Assembly: GCA_035344175.1 (NCBI GenBank)
Contig: DAORAN010000012.1
Location: 4,670-68,669 of the forward strand
DNA length: 64,000 nucleotides
DNA from: Woeseiaceae bacterium
GTDB lineage: Bacteria; Pseudomonadota; Gammaproteobacteria; Steroidobacterales; Woeseiaceae
Reading direction: 5' to 3'
In this document: one piece after another, positions 1 through 8,640 of the stretch
Position numbering within the stretch: position 1 is the first letter of the stretch
How the letters are laid out: every line of letters starts with the position of its first letter
Notes under the pieces: model-generated
Told to the model about the DNA's origin: nothing
Databases searched by the model: none
What the model saw: only the letters and a program-made list of their open reading frames with translations
Translations under genes and position numbers: made by a program

Positions 1-511
1 GTGTGCCAGCCGTGAACAGCTGCAAAGCAAGAGTGCCGTCGTTCCCGCTGACATGAACCTGTCCGGGACCTGGGTATTGCGCGACGAGCAGCAGTCCGGC
101 TCGCCTTTGCTATCGGATGCTGAGCTGGAGTTTCAAATTCCGCCTGCAAAGCCGTCGCGCAGTCGCAAGAAGAAGGGTGCATCGCTGGTCAATGTCTTTC
201 TGCAGCGTGGCAGCCGGCTGAAGATCACGCAGACGAAGGACGGTCTGTTCGTCAGCTTTGATCGCTCGGTCGTCGAGGAGTACCGCTTCGGCGAAAACCG
301 CGTTATTAGTGTCGGACCGGTCGAGGCGAGCCGGGTATCCGGTTGGGAGGGCCAGGCTTACGTTATCGAAACGCTGACGGACGACGGTTACAAACTTGTC
401 GAGCACTATCGGCTGGAAAACAATGGCACATTGCTGGTGCGCAAGGCGGCAATTTTCAAAAAGGACAGCCTCGCGACCTCGTTTGTGCAGGAGTACGACA
501 AGGTCCAGTAA
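1..511 (+). CDS. hypothetical protein, 5'-partial (possible lipoprotein)
   Basis: ORF 53..511. Its frame stays open back to nt 2 (CASREQLQSKSAVVPAD-MNLSG...) and no Shine-Dalgarno precedes the ATG at 53, so the gene probably starts upstream of the window. No family recognised. Confidence 0.5.
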   Translation, partial: CASREQLQSKSAVVPADMNLSGTWVLRDEQQSGSPLLSDAELEFQIPPAKPSRSRKKKGASLVNVFLQRGSRLKITQTKDGLFVSFDRSVVEEYRFGENRVISVGPVEASRVSGWEGQAYVIETLTDDGYKLVEHYRLENNGTLLVRKAAIFKKDSLATSFVQEYDKVQ

Positions 512-659
512 ACGGTGACATAAAGAGAATCCGGACGGCGAGTTTTAAGATAGCCCGGCGGGAAGTTAAGGCCAACCAGAAAATCGCCGCCCGGAAATTG
601 GTTCCAGCCCACGCCATACAAAAATGACGATGATTGGCGCAGGCTGGTGTTCCAAATCG

Positions 660-1259
660 CTAACTCCTCTCCATCTGGAATGTAAAGCGATTTCGAATCC
701 CGTAACTTGCTTGTGGCACACCGTCCATCACGCGCGCCTTGAAGCGGAAGCGCTTTGCAGCATTGATAGCCGGTTGTTCAAACAGTTTGTGGCTTGCATA
801 GATCACAACGACGTTCTGCACACTACCGTCCGGCGCAACATCGAACTCAACGTCGACATAGCCCTCCAATTCCTGCGCAGCGGCGCGTACCGGGTAGACG
901 GGGCGTACGCGTACGATGTTAATCAAAGGTCCATTGCTGAAGGCATTGCCAATAGTCGTGCCGCTTGTAGCCGGTATCGGTTGTTGCATTGACACCGCGA
1001 TTGAATTGCCGGGCGTATTTTTCTCCTGCGGCAATCGTTCCGGTGTTTTAAGAACCGGTTCGAGCAGCTGTTTGAAATTGTTAAATTGCTCCACAACGAC
1101 GGGCCGCTCGGTAATGGTCGGCGCGAATCCCAGCATGTGGTGCAGGCGACCAGGATCCGGCGGCGGCGCATCCAGCGTCACGAGATACTGCATCAGGTAG
1201 AAAATCGCGAAAGTCATCGCGGTGCCGGTACTGAGTGCGTAAGCGTATCGAGTCATCAT
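660..1259 (-). CDS. TonB-family energy transducer (C-terminal TonB domain)
   Basis: N-terminal TM helix, Pro-rich linker (DAPPPDPG) and C-terminal block YPVRAAAQELEGYVDVEFDVAPDGSVQNVVVIYASHKLFEQPAINAAKRFRFKA typical of TonB_C. Start placed at ATG 1259 (AAGGGGA 6 nt upstream) rather than 1307, which lies inside the intergenic palindrome. Confidence 0.7.
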   Translation of the reverse strand: MMTRYAYALSTGTAMTFAIFYLMQYLVTLDAPPPDPGRLHHMLGFAPTITERPVVVEQFNNFKQLLEPVLKTPERLPQEKNTPGNSIAVSMQQPIPATSGTTIGNAFSNGPLINIVRVRPVYPVRAAAQELEGYVDVEFDVAPDGSVQNVVVIYASHKLFEQPAINAAKRFRFKARVMDGVPQASYGIRNRFTFQMERS

Positions 1260-1292
1260 GGTCGATCCCCTTGTCAGGTCCCGCCTGCGTTG

Positions 1293-1369
1293 ATACCTTG
1301 AGCTCAAGGTATAGTGTACATACCTGGAACTAAAAAGTAACTATTGTTATACCTTTTAGTTCGAGGTAT
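1293..1369. promoter_or_regulatory. operator-like palindromes in the divergent tonB-like/padR intergenic region
   Basis: Perfect 20-bp palindrome ATACCTTGAGCTCAAGGTAT (1293-1312). Also 16-nt inverted arms ATACCTGGAACTAAAA (1320-1335) and TTTTAGTTCGAGGTAT (1354-1369), 15/16 complementary. All share an ATACCT/AGGTAT core. Confidence 0.5.
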
Positions 1370-1398
1370 ATTCGAGAGCTACGCAAGCAAGGTCTGTC

Positions 1399-1737
1399 AT
1401 GGCACAAAGTAATCCCCCTTTTATGAGTGGCGTCCCCGAACTCCTGCTGCTGCGCTTGCTGGACCAGCAAGAGATGTACGGCTACGAGCTCGTGCGCTCC
1501 GTACGTACGATCACCGATGAGGCGATATCGCTCGGCGAAGGCGTGATCTACCCGGCTCTGCACACCCTGGAGCGAAGCGGTGCGCTGAAGTCGCGACGTA
1601 AAACGGTAGGCGGCCGAACCCGCGTTTATTACTCACTGACGGGCAAGGGCAGGACGCGCCTCGAGAAACTGGCGAATGACTGGCGGCGTATCCAGGGTGG
1701 GGTCGAAACGGCACTGGAGACTGCGGTCAATGCCTGA
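1399..1737 (+). CDS. PadR family transcriptional regulator
   Basis: Winged-helix signature LLLLRLLDQQEMYGYELVRSV...GVIYPALHTLERSGALKSR...GRTRVYYSLTGKG, ~110 aa. Confidence 0.85.
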   Translation: MAQSNPPFMSGVPELLLLRLLDQQEMYGYELVRSVRTITDEAISLGEGVIYPALHTLERSGALKSRRKTVGGRTRVYYSLTGKGRTRLEKLANDWRRIQGGVETALETAVNA

Positions 1738-2155
1738 TCCCGACTTCAAGGAGCTGGCTCACGAGCTGCTTGTGTCAGGCTTCGGTCCACAGCGCGTACA
1801 GCGGCTGGTATCGGAACTCGAAGACCACTACGACGACCTGGTGCAGGCCGCCCTTGCATCCGGAACGGATATCGCCGCGGCGAAAGCGTCTGCACAGAGT
1901 TCGCTGGGAGAATTGCGTCAGGTTGCAGTCGCGATGCAGGAACAACCAGATCTGAAATGCTGGGCCTGGCACTGGCCACGCGTGGCATCGATTCTCTACC
2001 CACTGGCCTTCATCGCGGTGTTACCGGCGGTCCCGCTTATTGTCGGCGCCCGGCACGCTCACGAAATCATGCGCTGGGCCGGTTGCATGCTCCTTGGCGC
2101 AACGGTAACGGCGCTGATGTTTCTCACACTGCAACTCGCCATTACCCTCGGCTAG
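1730..2155 (+). CDS. PadR-associated membrane protein (hypothetical)
   Basis: ATG at 1730 overlaps the padR stop (ATGCCTGA). Soluble N-terminal part followed by three predicted TM helices. The 1676 start in the ORF track would lie inside padR. Confidence 0.55.
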   Translation: MPDPDFKELAHELLVSGFGPQRVQRLVSELEDHYDDLVQAALASGTDIAAAKASAQSSLGELRQVAVAMQEQPDLKCWAWHWPRVASILYPLAFIAVLPAVPLIVGARHAHEIMRWAGCMLLGATVTALMFLTLQLAITLG

Positions 2156-2232
2156 CAGGGGCCGGCACGCCAGAAGCCGAACGGGCTCCAAGCGCCGCAT
2201 ACTTTTCTGCCGCGCAGACACCTGGCAATCGA

Positions 2233-2970
2233 TCAGTTTTTGGGCGTGTACTGAATAAGCTCGGCGCGCATTTTGCGCTTCTTGTCCTTGTGTTGCTCGA
2301 TGATGGCAGGCAAAAAGTCGAGCTCGGGCACACACCACAGTGTGGTTACTTTCGATGAGCCCTTCGTCTTGTGCTGGATGCCGATTGCCGTAAATTCGCC
2401 AGCCGGAACCCTGATGACTTTCTTGCCAATGTTGCTGATCTCGATGGTCTTGTACTTGTCGTCGTCGAATAACACGTAGGACTTGGTAGATCCGCCCTTG
2501 ATCAGGTCGAGCATGAGTTCGTACTGGATGGAAATCCGGTCGTGAACCTCGGAATCCGCAACCTCGTTCACCGTGACACCATCCACAACACCCGTGATCG
2601 AATGCGTCTCCTGGTCAAAGCTCAGCTCGGCGCGCGGCGTATCGTTGGTCAGGGTATTTATTGACAGGTAGTGGTGTGAAACGACAGCGCCGTCGCTAAT
2701 ACTGAAATCAGCCGTCTCTTCAACATAGCCGTTCGCGATAATCTTGGCCAGGCCTTGCGGATCCAGCCTGTGCGTGGCGACGTAGCCTTCGTCGGTCGCG
2801 GCCAGCTTCGTGGTCATCTTGCCACTTAGAATACTGACTTTGACCTTGTATTCCGCTTCATAGGGTTGCAGCGTATAGCCGTCCGTCGCGGCCCAGCTCG
2901 CGTGCGAGGCGGCCAGCAAGAGCACCAGGCTGTACAGTGCCAGGCGCTTGTTATTAGTGAAGTACTGCAT
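2233..2970 (-). CDS. DUF3108-like exported protein
   Basis: Signal peptide (LLLAASHASWA-AT), all-beta-looking sequence of ~245 aa resembling DUF3108 proteins. Overlaps the upstream acyltransferase gene by 17 nt, so probably an operon. Confidence 0.6.
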   Translation of the reverse strand: MQYFTNNKRLALYSLVLLLAASHASWAATDGYTLQPYEAEYKVKVSILSGKMTTKLAATDEGYVATHRLDPQGLAKIIANGYVEETADFSISDGAVVSHHYLSINTLTNDTPRAELSFDQETHSITGVVDGVTVNEVADSEVHDRISIQYELMLDLIKGGSTKSYVLFDDDKYKTIEISNIGKKVIRVPAGEFTAIGIQHKTKGSSKVTTLWCVPELDFLPAIIEQHKDKKRKMRAELIQYTPKN

Positions 2971-3739
2971 GTTCGCATTCTCGCATTACGGACATGACCG
3001 CTAGCTGAACCGACTCACGGGCGGTTTCTATCTGGTCCAGCGGCATGCTGCGTGGTATTTCGTGTGGGGCACCGATGCCAACGCAAACGCGCGCAAAAGG
3101 CTTCGGAATCATGAAATTGTCCCACCGGTCGAGATACCAGGCCCGGTCGGCGGCGCAGGCAATCGGTAACAGGGGAACACCGCCAATACGCGCCATCAGC
3201 ACAGTGCCGGCCTTGAACTCGTATTTCGGGCCGCGCGGGCCGTCCGCCGTCGTGATAATCGAATAACCACGTTTCATCATCGCTTGCATATCGCGCAATG
3301 CCAGCGCGCCGCTTTGGTTGGCTGAGCCGCGAATAACCTCGGCACCCCAGGCACGGGCAATCCGTGCCGGCACTTCGCCGTCAACCGAACCCGACACCAG
3401 GAAACAGGCCTTGAAGCCCTCGCGTACCCAGCGCCGCACCTGGGCCGAGCACAATACGTGGTGCTGGTGCCAGTAACAGGGCGCGCAGACTCGATCGCTG
3501 TCGATAAAAGGCTGGATATGCTGTGCACCGATCAACGGCTGTGTCCGGTAGGTCGCCGACAGCAGGCGTAACAAACCGCGCAGCAGGGGTAAGCCAAGCA
3601 CATAGTAGATACGGCGCCCGGCGCTCATACTACGACCGGACGCTGCGCTGCGCCGTGACTCGACCGAGCTGTAGTCGATACCACGAGTTTCTCGCGATGC
3701 GTCGCGCTCGGCGTCCTTGTGCTCGTCGGATGGGGGCAT
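2954..3739 (-). CDS. DUF374 / lysophospholipid-acyltransferase-superfamily protein
   Basis: Block FLVSGSVDGEVPARIARAWGAEVIRGSANQSGALALRDM...ITTADGPRGPKYEFKAGTVLMARIGGVPLLPIA is characteristic of DUF374 (LPLAT-like) proteins. Confidence 0.7.
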   Translation of the reverse strand: MPPSDEHKDAERDASRETRGIDYSSVESRRSAASGRSMSAGRRIYYVLGLPLLRGLLRLLSATYRTQPLIGAQHIQPFIDSDRVCAPCYWHQHHVLCSAQVRRWVREGFKACFLVSGSVDGEVPARIARAWGAEVIRGSANQSGALALRDMQAMMKRGYSIITTADGPRGPKYEFKAGTVLMARIGGVPLLPIACAADRAWYLDRWDNFMIPKPFARVCVGIGAPHEIPRSMPLDQIETARESVQLAVMSVMRECEHAVLH

Positions 3740-3845
3740 ATCGGGAAATCGGGTAAAAAGACTCGTGTCAGTTTGCGGTATCGGTCATCGGCCGGTCAAT
3801 GTAGAATTTGCTCGCATCAGAGCCCGGCCGTCGACAAAGTTTTCC

Positions 3846-5150
3846 ATGCCAGAATCAAAACCGCTAAATGAGCGGCCGCCCGGCCCGGACTCGCCGGTTA
3901 CACTCGGGATCGACCCCGCAACACTGGGGGTACTGACCGGGCTCCAGCGCGACTATGGCGATCTGGTGCACGTGCAGAAAACCAGCGGCAGGCATGCTCT
4001 GTTCATCAATGACCCAGCCATCATTCGGCATATTCTCGTGCGTCGTCATGCGCGATATCAAAAGGGGCCGGGCTTCGAGCGCGTCAAAATGCTGCTCGGT
4101 AACGGCCTGATAGTCAGTGATGGCGATGTATGGCGGCGCTCGCGCACGATGATCCAGCCGGCTTTCAAGGTGCAGAACGTTCAGCAATTGCTCCAGGCGA
4201 TGATTAACTGCAGCGAACAGCGCGCGCGTGCCTGGCAAGCAGCGGCGGAGGCCGGCAAACCGATCAATATTACCCAGCAAACCAGCGACTTTGCCCTGGA
4301 ACTGATCCTCGTCTGTATTTTTGGTGCGGATTACGAGCAAAAATTGCTGGCTGACGGCGACAACCCGTTCGATTTCTTGAGCAAAGATTCAACCCGCGAC
4401 CTCAGCGTCGTACTGAAAGTCAGGAAATTGCGGGCACGGCTGCTGGACATTATTGCCGAGCGACGGGAGACACGCAGCGATGAATTTGATTTTCTGTCGA
4501 TGTATCTCAAAGCGACGGATAAACAGGGCAATCCGTTCAGCGACAACGAATTACTGGACGAATTGATGACCCTGATTGTTGCTGGCTTCGAAACGTCGGC
4601 CAATACGCTGAACTGGGTTTGGTATCTGCTCGCGGGAAATGCCGCTGTTGAGGCGCGGCTGCTCGAAGAACTGCACGAATTATTACCGCATGACCAGCCC
4701 CCATCCGCCGCACACATTGACGCGCTTCCGTATACTCAACAGGTCATCGATGAAACCCTGCGCCTGTATCCACCCGTCTGGTTATTTACGCGGCGCGCTG
4801 TGGAAGCCGACGAACTCGGCGAATATGGCGCCGTTCCCGGCGACGATATCTACCTGTCGCCGTACATCCTGCACCGTAGCGTACGCTATTGGCCGGACCC
4901 GGAGCGCTTCGATCCCGGTCGATTCGAGCAGGGCAAGCAAGAGCGCAAGGAGCGCCCGTACTTTCCCTTCTCGCTCGGGCCACGCAGGTGCCTTGGCGAG
5001 TATTTTTCATTTCTCGAAATGAAGGTTCATCTTGCTCTGCTGTTGCCCCGGTTTCGCATGCAGCGCTCAAGCGCGGACAGTCCCGGACTGGAGATGGGCA
5101 TCAATTTGCGATCGACAAACGACATACTTTTGCAGCCACAGGTTCGCTGA
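3846..5150 (+). CDS. cytochrome P450
   Basis: I-helix AGFETSAN, EXXR (ETLRLYPP), PERF-like DPERFDPGRF and Cys-heme loop FSLGPRRCLGEYFS. Start moved to ATG 3846 (MPESKPLNER), because the 3717 start would overlap the divergent gene. Confidence 0.9.
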   Translation: MPESKPLNERPPGPDSPVTLGIDPATLGVLTGLQRDYGDLVHVQKTSGRHALFINDPAIIRHILVRRHARYQKGPGFERVKMLLGNGLIVSDGDVWRRSRTMIQPAFKVQNVQQLLQAMINCSEQRARAWQAAAEAGKPINITQQTSDFALELILVCIFGADYEQKLLADGDNPFDFLSKDSTRDLSVVLKVRKLRARLLDIIAERRETRSDEFDFLSMYLKATDKQGNPFSDNELLDELMTLIVAGFETSANTLNWVWYLLAGNAAVEARLLEELHELLPHDQPPSAAHIDALPYTQQVIDETLRLYPPVWLFTRRAVEADELGEYGAVPGDDIYLSPYILHRSVRYWPDPERFDPGRFEQGKQERKERPYFPFSLGPRRCLGEYFSFLEMKVHLALLLPRFRMQRSSADSPGLEMGINLRSTNDILLQPQVR

Positions 5151-5167
5151 CAGGTCAGCTTGAATTA

Positions 5168-7108
5168 ATGAAACTTTACAACACGATGACGGATCTGCTT
5201 GTCGATGCACGGCGCAGGGACAAGCGAATCCGCTTTATAAACGGTGAGCAGGACGAGGTCGAGCTGCTGTTTGCCGACCTCTGGCAGCGAGCCGAAGCAT
5301 TGCTTGGCGCATTACAGGCCCGGGGCATGCAAAAGGGTGATGAGCTGGTTATTTTCTGCACCAGCAACCAGAGCTTTTTGGTCGCGTTCTGGGCCGCGAT
5401 CCTGGGCGGGATCGTACCCGTCCCGGTCGCGGTAGGCATCAGTGATGAGCACCGATTCAAGTTGTTTCGCATTCTGCAGCAACTTGAGCACGCCACCTTG
5501 TTTGCCGAAGCAGGCCTCCTGGAACGCTTGCTCGAGTTTGCCGGCAGCCAGGGGCTGGAACAGGTCAGTCGCATCCTCAATTCGAAGACGGTCCTGATGA
5601 GTGACGTGCAGCCAGGCGGCGCCGGCCGGCTTGCGGACACGCGCCCCGAGGATATTGCCTTCATCCAGTATTCATCGGGTTCGACCAGTGACCCGAAGGG
5701 CGTTTGCCTCACACACAGAAACCTCTGTCACAACATTCGCGCCATCGTCGAAGGCGCACACTGGACCGAGGCGGACCAAAGCCTGTCGTGGATGCCGCTG
5801 ACCCACGATATGGGCCTGATTGGCTATCACCTCAGTGTACTGGCAGTGGGCATGAATCATGCGGTGATGGATACCAGCCTGTTCGTGCGCCGGCCGCTAT
5901 TATGGTTACAAAAGGCGCACGAGTTGCGTGCTACGCAGCTTTGCTCGCCGAATTTTGGCTACAAGCATTTCCTGAAACTGTTCGAACGCAAAGGTCTGGC
6001 AAGTGATACGGACCTGTCGTGCGTCAAGCTGATCTTGAATGGCGCCGAGCCCATTTCCTGGGAGCTCTGCGACGAGTTCCTCAGTGCGCTCGCGCGGCTC
6101 GGCCTGCAGCGCTCCGCCATGTTTCCGGTGTACGGACTCGCCGAAGCCACGGTCGGTGTGTCGTTCGGGCATCCAGGCGATGAGCCGTCGAGAGTCATCG
6201 TTGATCGGCACAGCCTGCGTATTGGTGATCATTACCGCCCGGTAGCAGCGGACCACCCTGACGCGGTCAGCTTTGTACGCGTGGGCAAAGCGATTCGCGA
6301 TGTGCAAATTCGCATTGCAGACGATGCGGACAAGCCGCTCGAGGGCGGCCAGGTCGGACATATCCAGCTATTCGGAGCGAGCGTTACCGAGCGTATTTAC
6401 GGTGACGAGGCGGCAACTCACGCTTTGTTCACGAGCGATGGATGGTTGCGCACAGGTGATTGTGGTGCACTTATAGACGAGCAGCTCATTATTACCGGGC
6501 GGCAAAAAGACCTGATCATCGTCAATGGCCAGAACTATTATCCGCACGACCTCGAAGAAATCGTCGCGACACTCGACGGGCTTGATCTGGGCAAGGTGGT
6601 CGTCGTGGGTGCGACACCAACCGGTCGTGGCACCGAGGAGTTGCTGGTCTTTGTCCTGTATCGCCAGGAGCTGGAATCGTTTCGCAAGGTAGCGGAGGCC
6701 GTACGCAATATTCTCGGTGAACATGTCGGGCTCGAAGTCGATCATGTTATTCCTGTCGGCCGTATTCCTAAAACCACCAGCGGCAAGGTGCAGCGCGCAT
6801 TGCTATTGCGTGACTACCTGAACGGCGATTTCGAAGAGATTACGCAACAACTCGCTCCACGCATCGACGGGCCGGCAGACGTTGATGAGGACCCGTTGGT
6901 GGCAGAACTGGAACTCATCTGTCGGGAATTTTCCAAAGAACGGTCAATTGGCGCGGACGACAATTTGTTTGAGGTGGGCGTAAGTTCCCTTACACTTACG
7001 GAAATAGTGCTTGCCATTGACGAGCGCTACCCCGGCAAAGTTGATATCAGCGACCTGTTCGATTACCCGACAATACGCGAGATCGCGGGTTTCCTGCGCC
7101 AGCAGTAG
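5168..7108 (+). CDS. fatty acyl-AMP ligase fused to a C-terminal acyl/peptidyl carrier domain
   Basis: Adenylation motifs IQYSSGSTSDPKGVCLTHRNL, LRTGDCG and PKTTSGKVQR. C-terminal carrier domain has a phosphopantetheine-site-like DDNLFEVGVSSLTLTEI. Start at ATG 5168, 18 nt after the P450 stop. Confidence 0.85.
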   Translation: MKLYNTMTDLLVDARRRDKRIRFINGEQDEVELLFADLWQRAEALLGALQARGMQKGDELVIFCTSNQSFLVAFWAAILGGIVPVPVAVGISDEHRFKLFRILQQLEHATLFAEAGLLERLLEFAGSQGLEQVSRILNSKTVLMSDVQPGGAGRLADTRPEDIAFIQYSSGSTSDPKGVCLTHRNLCHNIRAIVEGAHWTEADQSLSWMPLTHDMGLIGYHLSVLAVGMNHAVMDTSLFVRRPLLWLQKAHELRATQLCSPNFGYKHFLKLFERKGLASDTDLSCVKLILNGAEPISWELCDEFLSALARLGLQRSAMFPVYGLAEATVGVSFGHPGDEPSRVIVDRHSLRIGDHYRPVAADHPDAVSFVRVGKAIRDVQIRIADDADKPLEGGQVGHIQLFGASVTERIYGDEAATHALFTSDGWLRTGDCGALIDEQLIITGRQKDLIIVNGQNYYPHDLEEIVATLDGLDLGKVVVVGATPTGRGTEELLVFVLYRQELESFRKVAEAVRNILGEHVGLEVDHVIPVGRIPKTTSGKVQRALLLRDYLNGDFEEITQQLAPRIDGPADVDEDPLVAELELICREFSKERSIGADDNLFEVGVSSLTLTEIVLAIDERYPGKVDISDLFDYPTIREIAGFLRQQ

Positions 7109-7135
7109 ACCTGTCCCCATACCTGGAGTGCAAAC

Positions 7136-8104
7136 ATGAGTTTCGCCCGCATTGTCGGAACCGGCAGCTATTTACCTGAAAAGGTAGTCACAAATTCGGA
7201 TCTCGAGGCAACGCTCGACACGTCGGACGAGTGGATTCGTGACCGTACCGGCATCGAGCGCCGGCACGTAGCGGCAAAGGGCCAGGGAAGTTCCGACATG
7301 GCGGTGGAAGCGGCCAAACGGGCCATCGAGGCCGCCGGCCTGACGGCGAACGAGATTGACCTGATCGTGGTAGCCACGACCACTCCTGACAAGATTTTTC
7401 CGTCGACGGCCTGCATCGTACAAAGGAAGCTCGGTATCGCCGAATGCGCAGCGTACGATATCCAGGCCGTGTGCAGTGGCTTCATTTACGCACTCGACGC
7501 CGCCGATCGTTATATCCGCACGGACGGCGGCAAGACGGTGCTCGTGGTTGGTACCGAGACAATGTCGCGTATTGTCAACTGGAACGATCGTGGCACAGCA
7601 GTGTTGTTTGGCGACGGTGCCGGGGCGGTGGTGTTGCAAGCGAGCGAACGTGCGGGACTTATTGCAACGCATATGCACGCGGATGGCAGCATGGAAGAGT
7701 TGCTGCATGTTCCGCAAGGTATATCGCTCGGCTTCGATGCAACGTGCAGCGACGGCGCTTTCATTGAGATGAACGGCAATGCGGTCTTCAAACGCGCCGT
7801 CGGCGTGCTTGGCGCCGCTGCCCGCGAAACACTGGACGGTCACGGTATTGATCGAAAAGACCTGGACTGGCTGATTCCGCACCAGGCCAATATGCGGATC
7901 ATCAAGGCGGCAGCGAAAAAGCTGGGCCTGCCAATGGAGCGGGTTGTCGTTACTGTTGACGAGCACGCCAATACGTCCGCAGCATCGATCCCGCTGGCGC
8001 TCGATATCGCGGTACGCGACGGCCGTATCAAGTCCGGCGAGCTGGTTCTGCTCGAGGCTTTCGGCGCGGGCTTTACCTGGGGAACGGCGCTGTTTCGCTA
8101 CTAG
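7136..8104 (+). CDS. fabH: 3-oxoacyl-ACP synthase III (KASIII/FabH)
   Basis: Full-length FabH pattern: [27 protein letters not shown], active-site C (AVCSGF), H (IPHQANMRI) and N ([10 protein letters not shown]). Confidence 0.9.
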   Translation: MSFARIVGTGSYLPEKVVTNSDLEATLDTSDEWIRDRTGIERRHVAAKGQGSSDMAVEAAKRAIEAAGLTANEIDLIVVATTTPDKIFPSTACIVQRKLGIAECAAYDIQAVCSGFIYALDAADRYIRTDGGKTVLVVGTETMSRIVNWNDRGTAVLFGDGAGAVVLQASERAGLIATHMHADGSMEELLHVPQGISLGFDATCSDGAFIEMNGNAVFKRAVGVLGAAARETLDGHGIDRKDLDWLIPHQANMRIIKAAAKKLGLPMERVVVTVDEHANTSAASIPLALDIAVRDGRIKSGELVLLEAFGAGFTWGTALFRY

Positions 8105-8181
8105 TAGTAAATCCGGGATATTGCTGTCCATGATTCCCGCGCTACAATCGGACAGCGGATTCGTCAATTGAGGAGTTGCAA

Positions 8182-8640
8182 GTGGCAGTCGATCTGAACA
8201 TCAACGGCAAGGCTTATTCGATTGACGCCGACAAGGAAATGCCATTGCTTTGGGCAATTCGCGACCTGGTCGGGTTAACAGGCACCAAGTACGGCTGTGG
8301 CAAGGCGCTCTGTGGCGCATGCACCGTGCACCTTGATGGTGCGTCGATCCGTTCCTGCTCCGTCAGCGTTGCCATCGCGGCCGGGAAGAAAATTACCACC
8401 ATCGAAGGCCTGTCCGCCGACGGCGAGCACCCGGTGCAGGTTGCCTGGCGCAAGTTCAACGTGCCGCAGTGCGGCTACTGCCAATCGGGGCAGATCATGT
8501 CCGCGGTCGCCTTGCTTGAGCGGATTCCGCAGCCGACCGACTCCGACATCGACACGGCAATGGGCGGTAATATTTGTCGCTGCGGTACCTACACCCGTAT
8601 TCGCAAGGCCATCCACAGTGCTGCGAACGGCCAGTCATGA
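8182..8640 (+). CDS. (2Fe-2S)-binding small subunit of a molybdenum hydroxylase (IorA-type)
   Basis: Cys clusters [11 protein letters not shown] and CGYCQSG...CRCGTY. AGGAG sits 6 nt upstream of GTG 8182. Confidence 0.85.
   Translation: MAVDLNINGKAYSIDADKEMPLLWAIRDLVGLTGTKYGCGKALCGACTVHLDGASIRSCSVSVAIAAGKKITTIEGLSADGEHPVQVAWRKFNVPQCGYCQSGQIMSAVALLERIPQPTDSDIDTAMGGNICRCGTYTRIRKAIHSAANGQS

Noticed and set aside
3717-3845. Long N-terminal extensions offered by the ORF track: P450 from 3717, FAAL from 4889, IorB from 8574, TetR to 15725, TonB-dependent receptors from 26412 and 49538, hydrolase from 28885, BKACE from 30698, DUF4129 from 32787, lipoprotein from 41392.
   Set aside because: The extensions overlap the preceding gene or a divergent gene, lack Shine-Dalgarno support, and encode Arg-rich junk. 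Internal starts with SD motifs, signal peptides or stop-start overlaps give proteins of normal family length.
7172-8167. Very long antisense or out-of-frame ORFs: 7172..8167(-) 331 aa, 8297..8944(+), 44888..45610(+), 55759..56427(+), 58276..59187(+) 303 aa, 62264..63076(+) 270 aa, and many shorter ones.
   Set aside because: Each lies opposite or out of frame to a gene with unmistakable family motifs (FabH, IorAB, DMT, decarboxylase, Rieske oxygenase, TonB-dependent receptor). They have the Arg/Ala/Pro/Gly-rich, low-complexity composition typical of shadow ORFs in GC-rich DNA.
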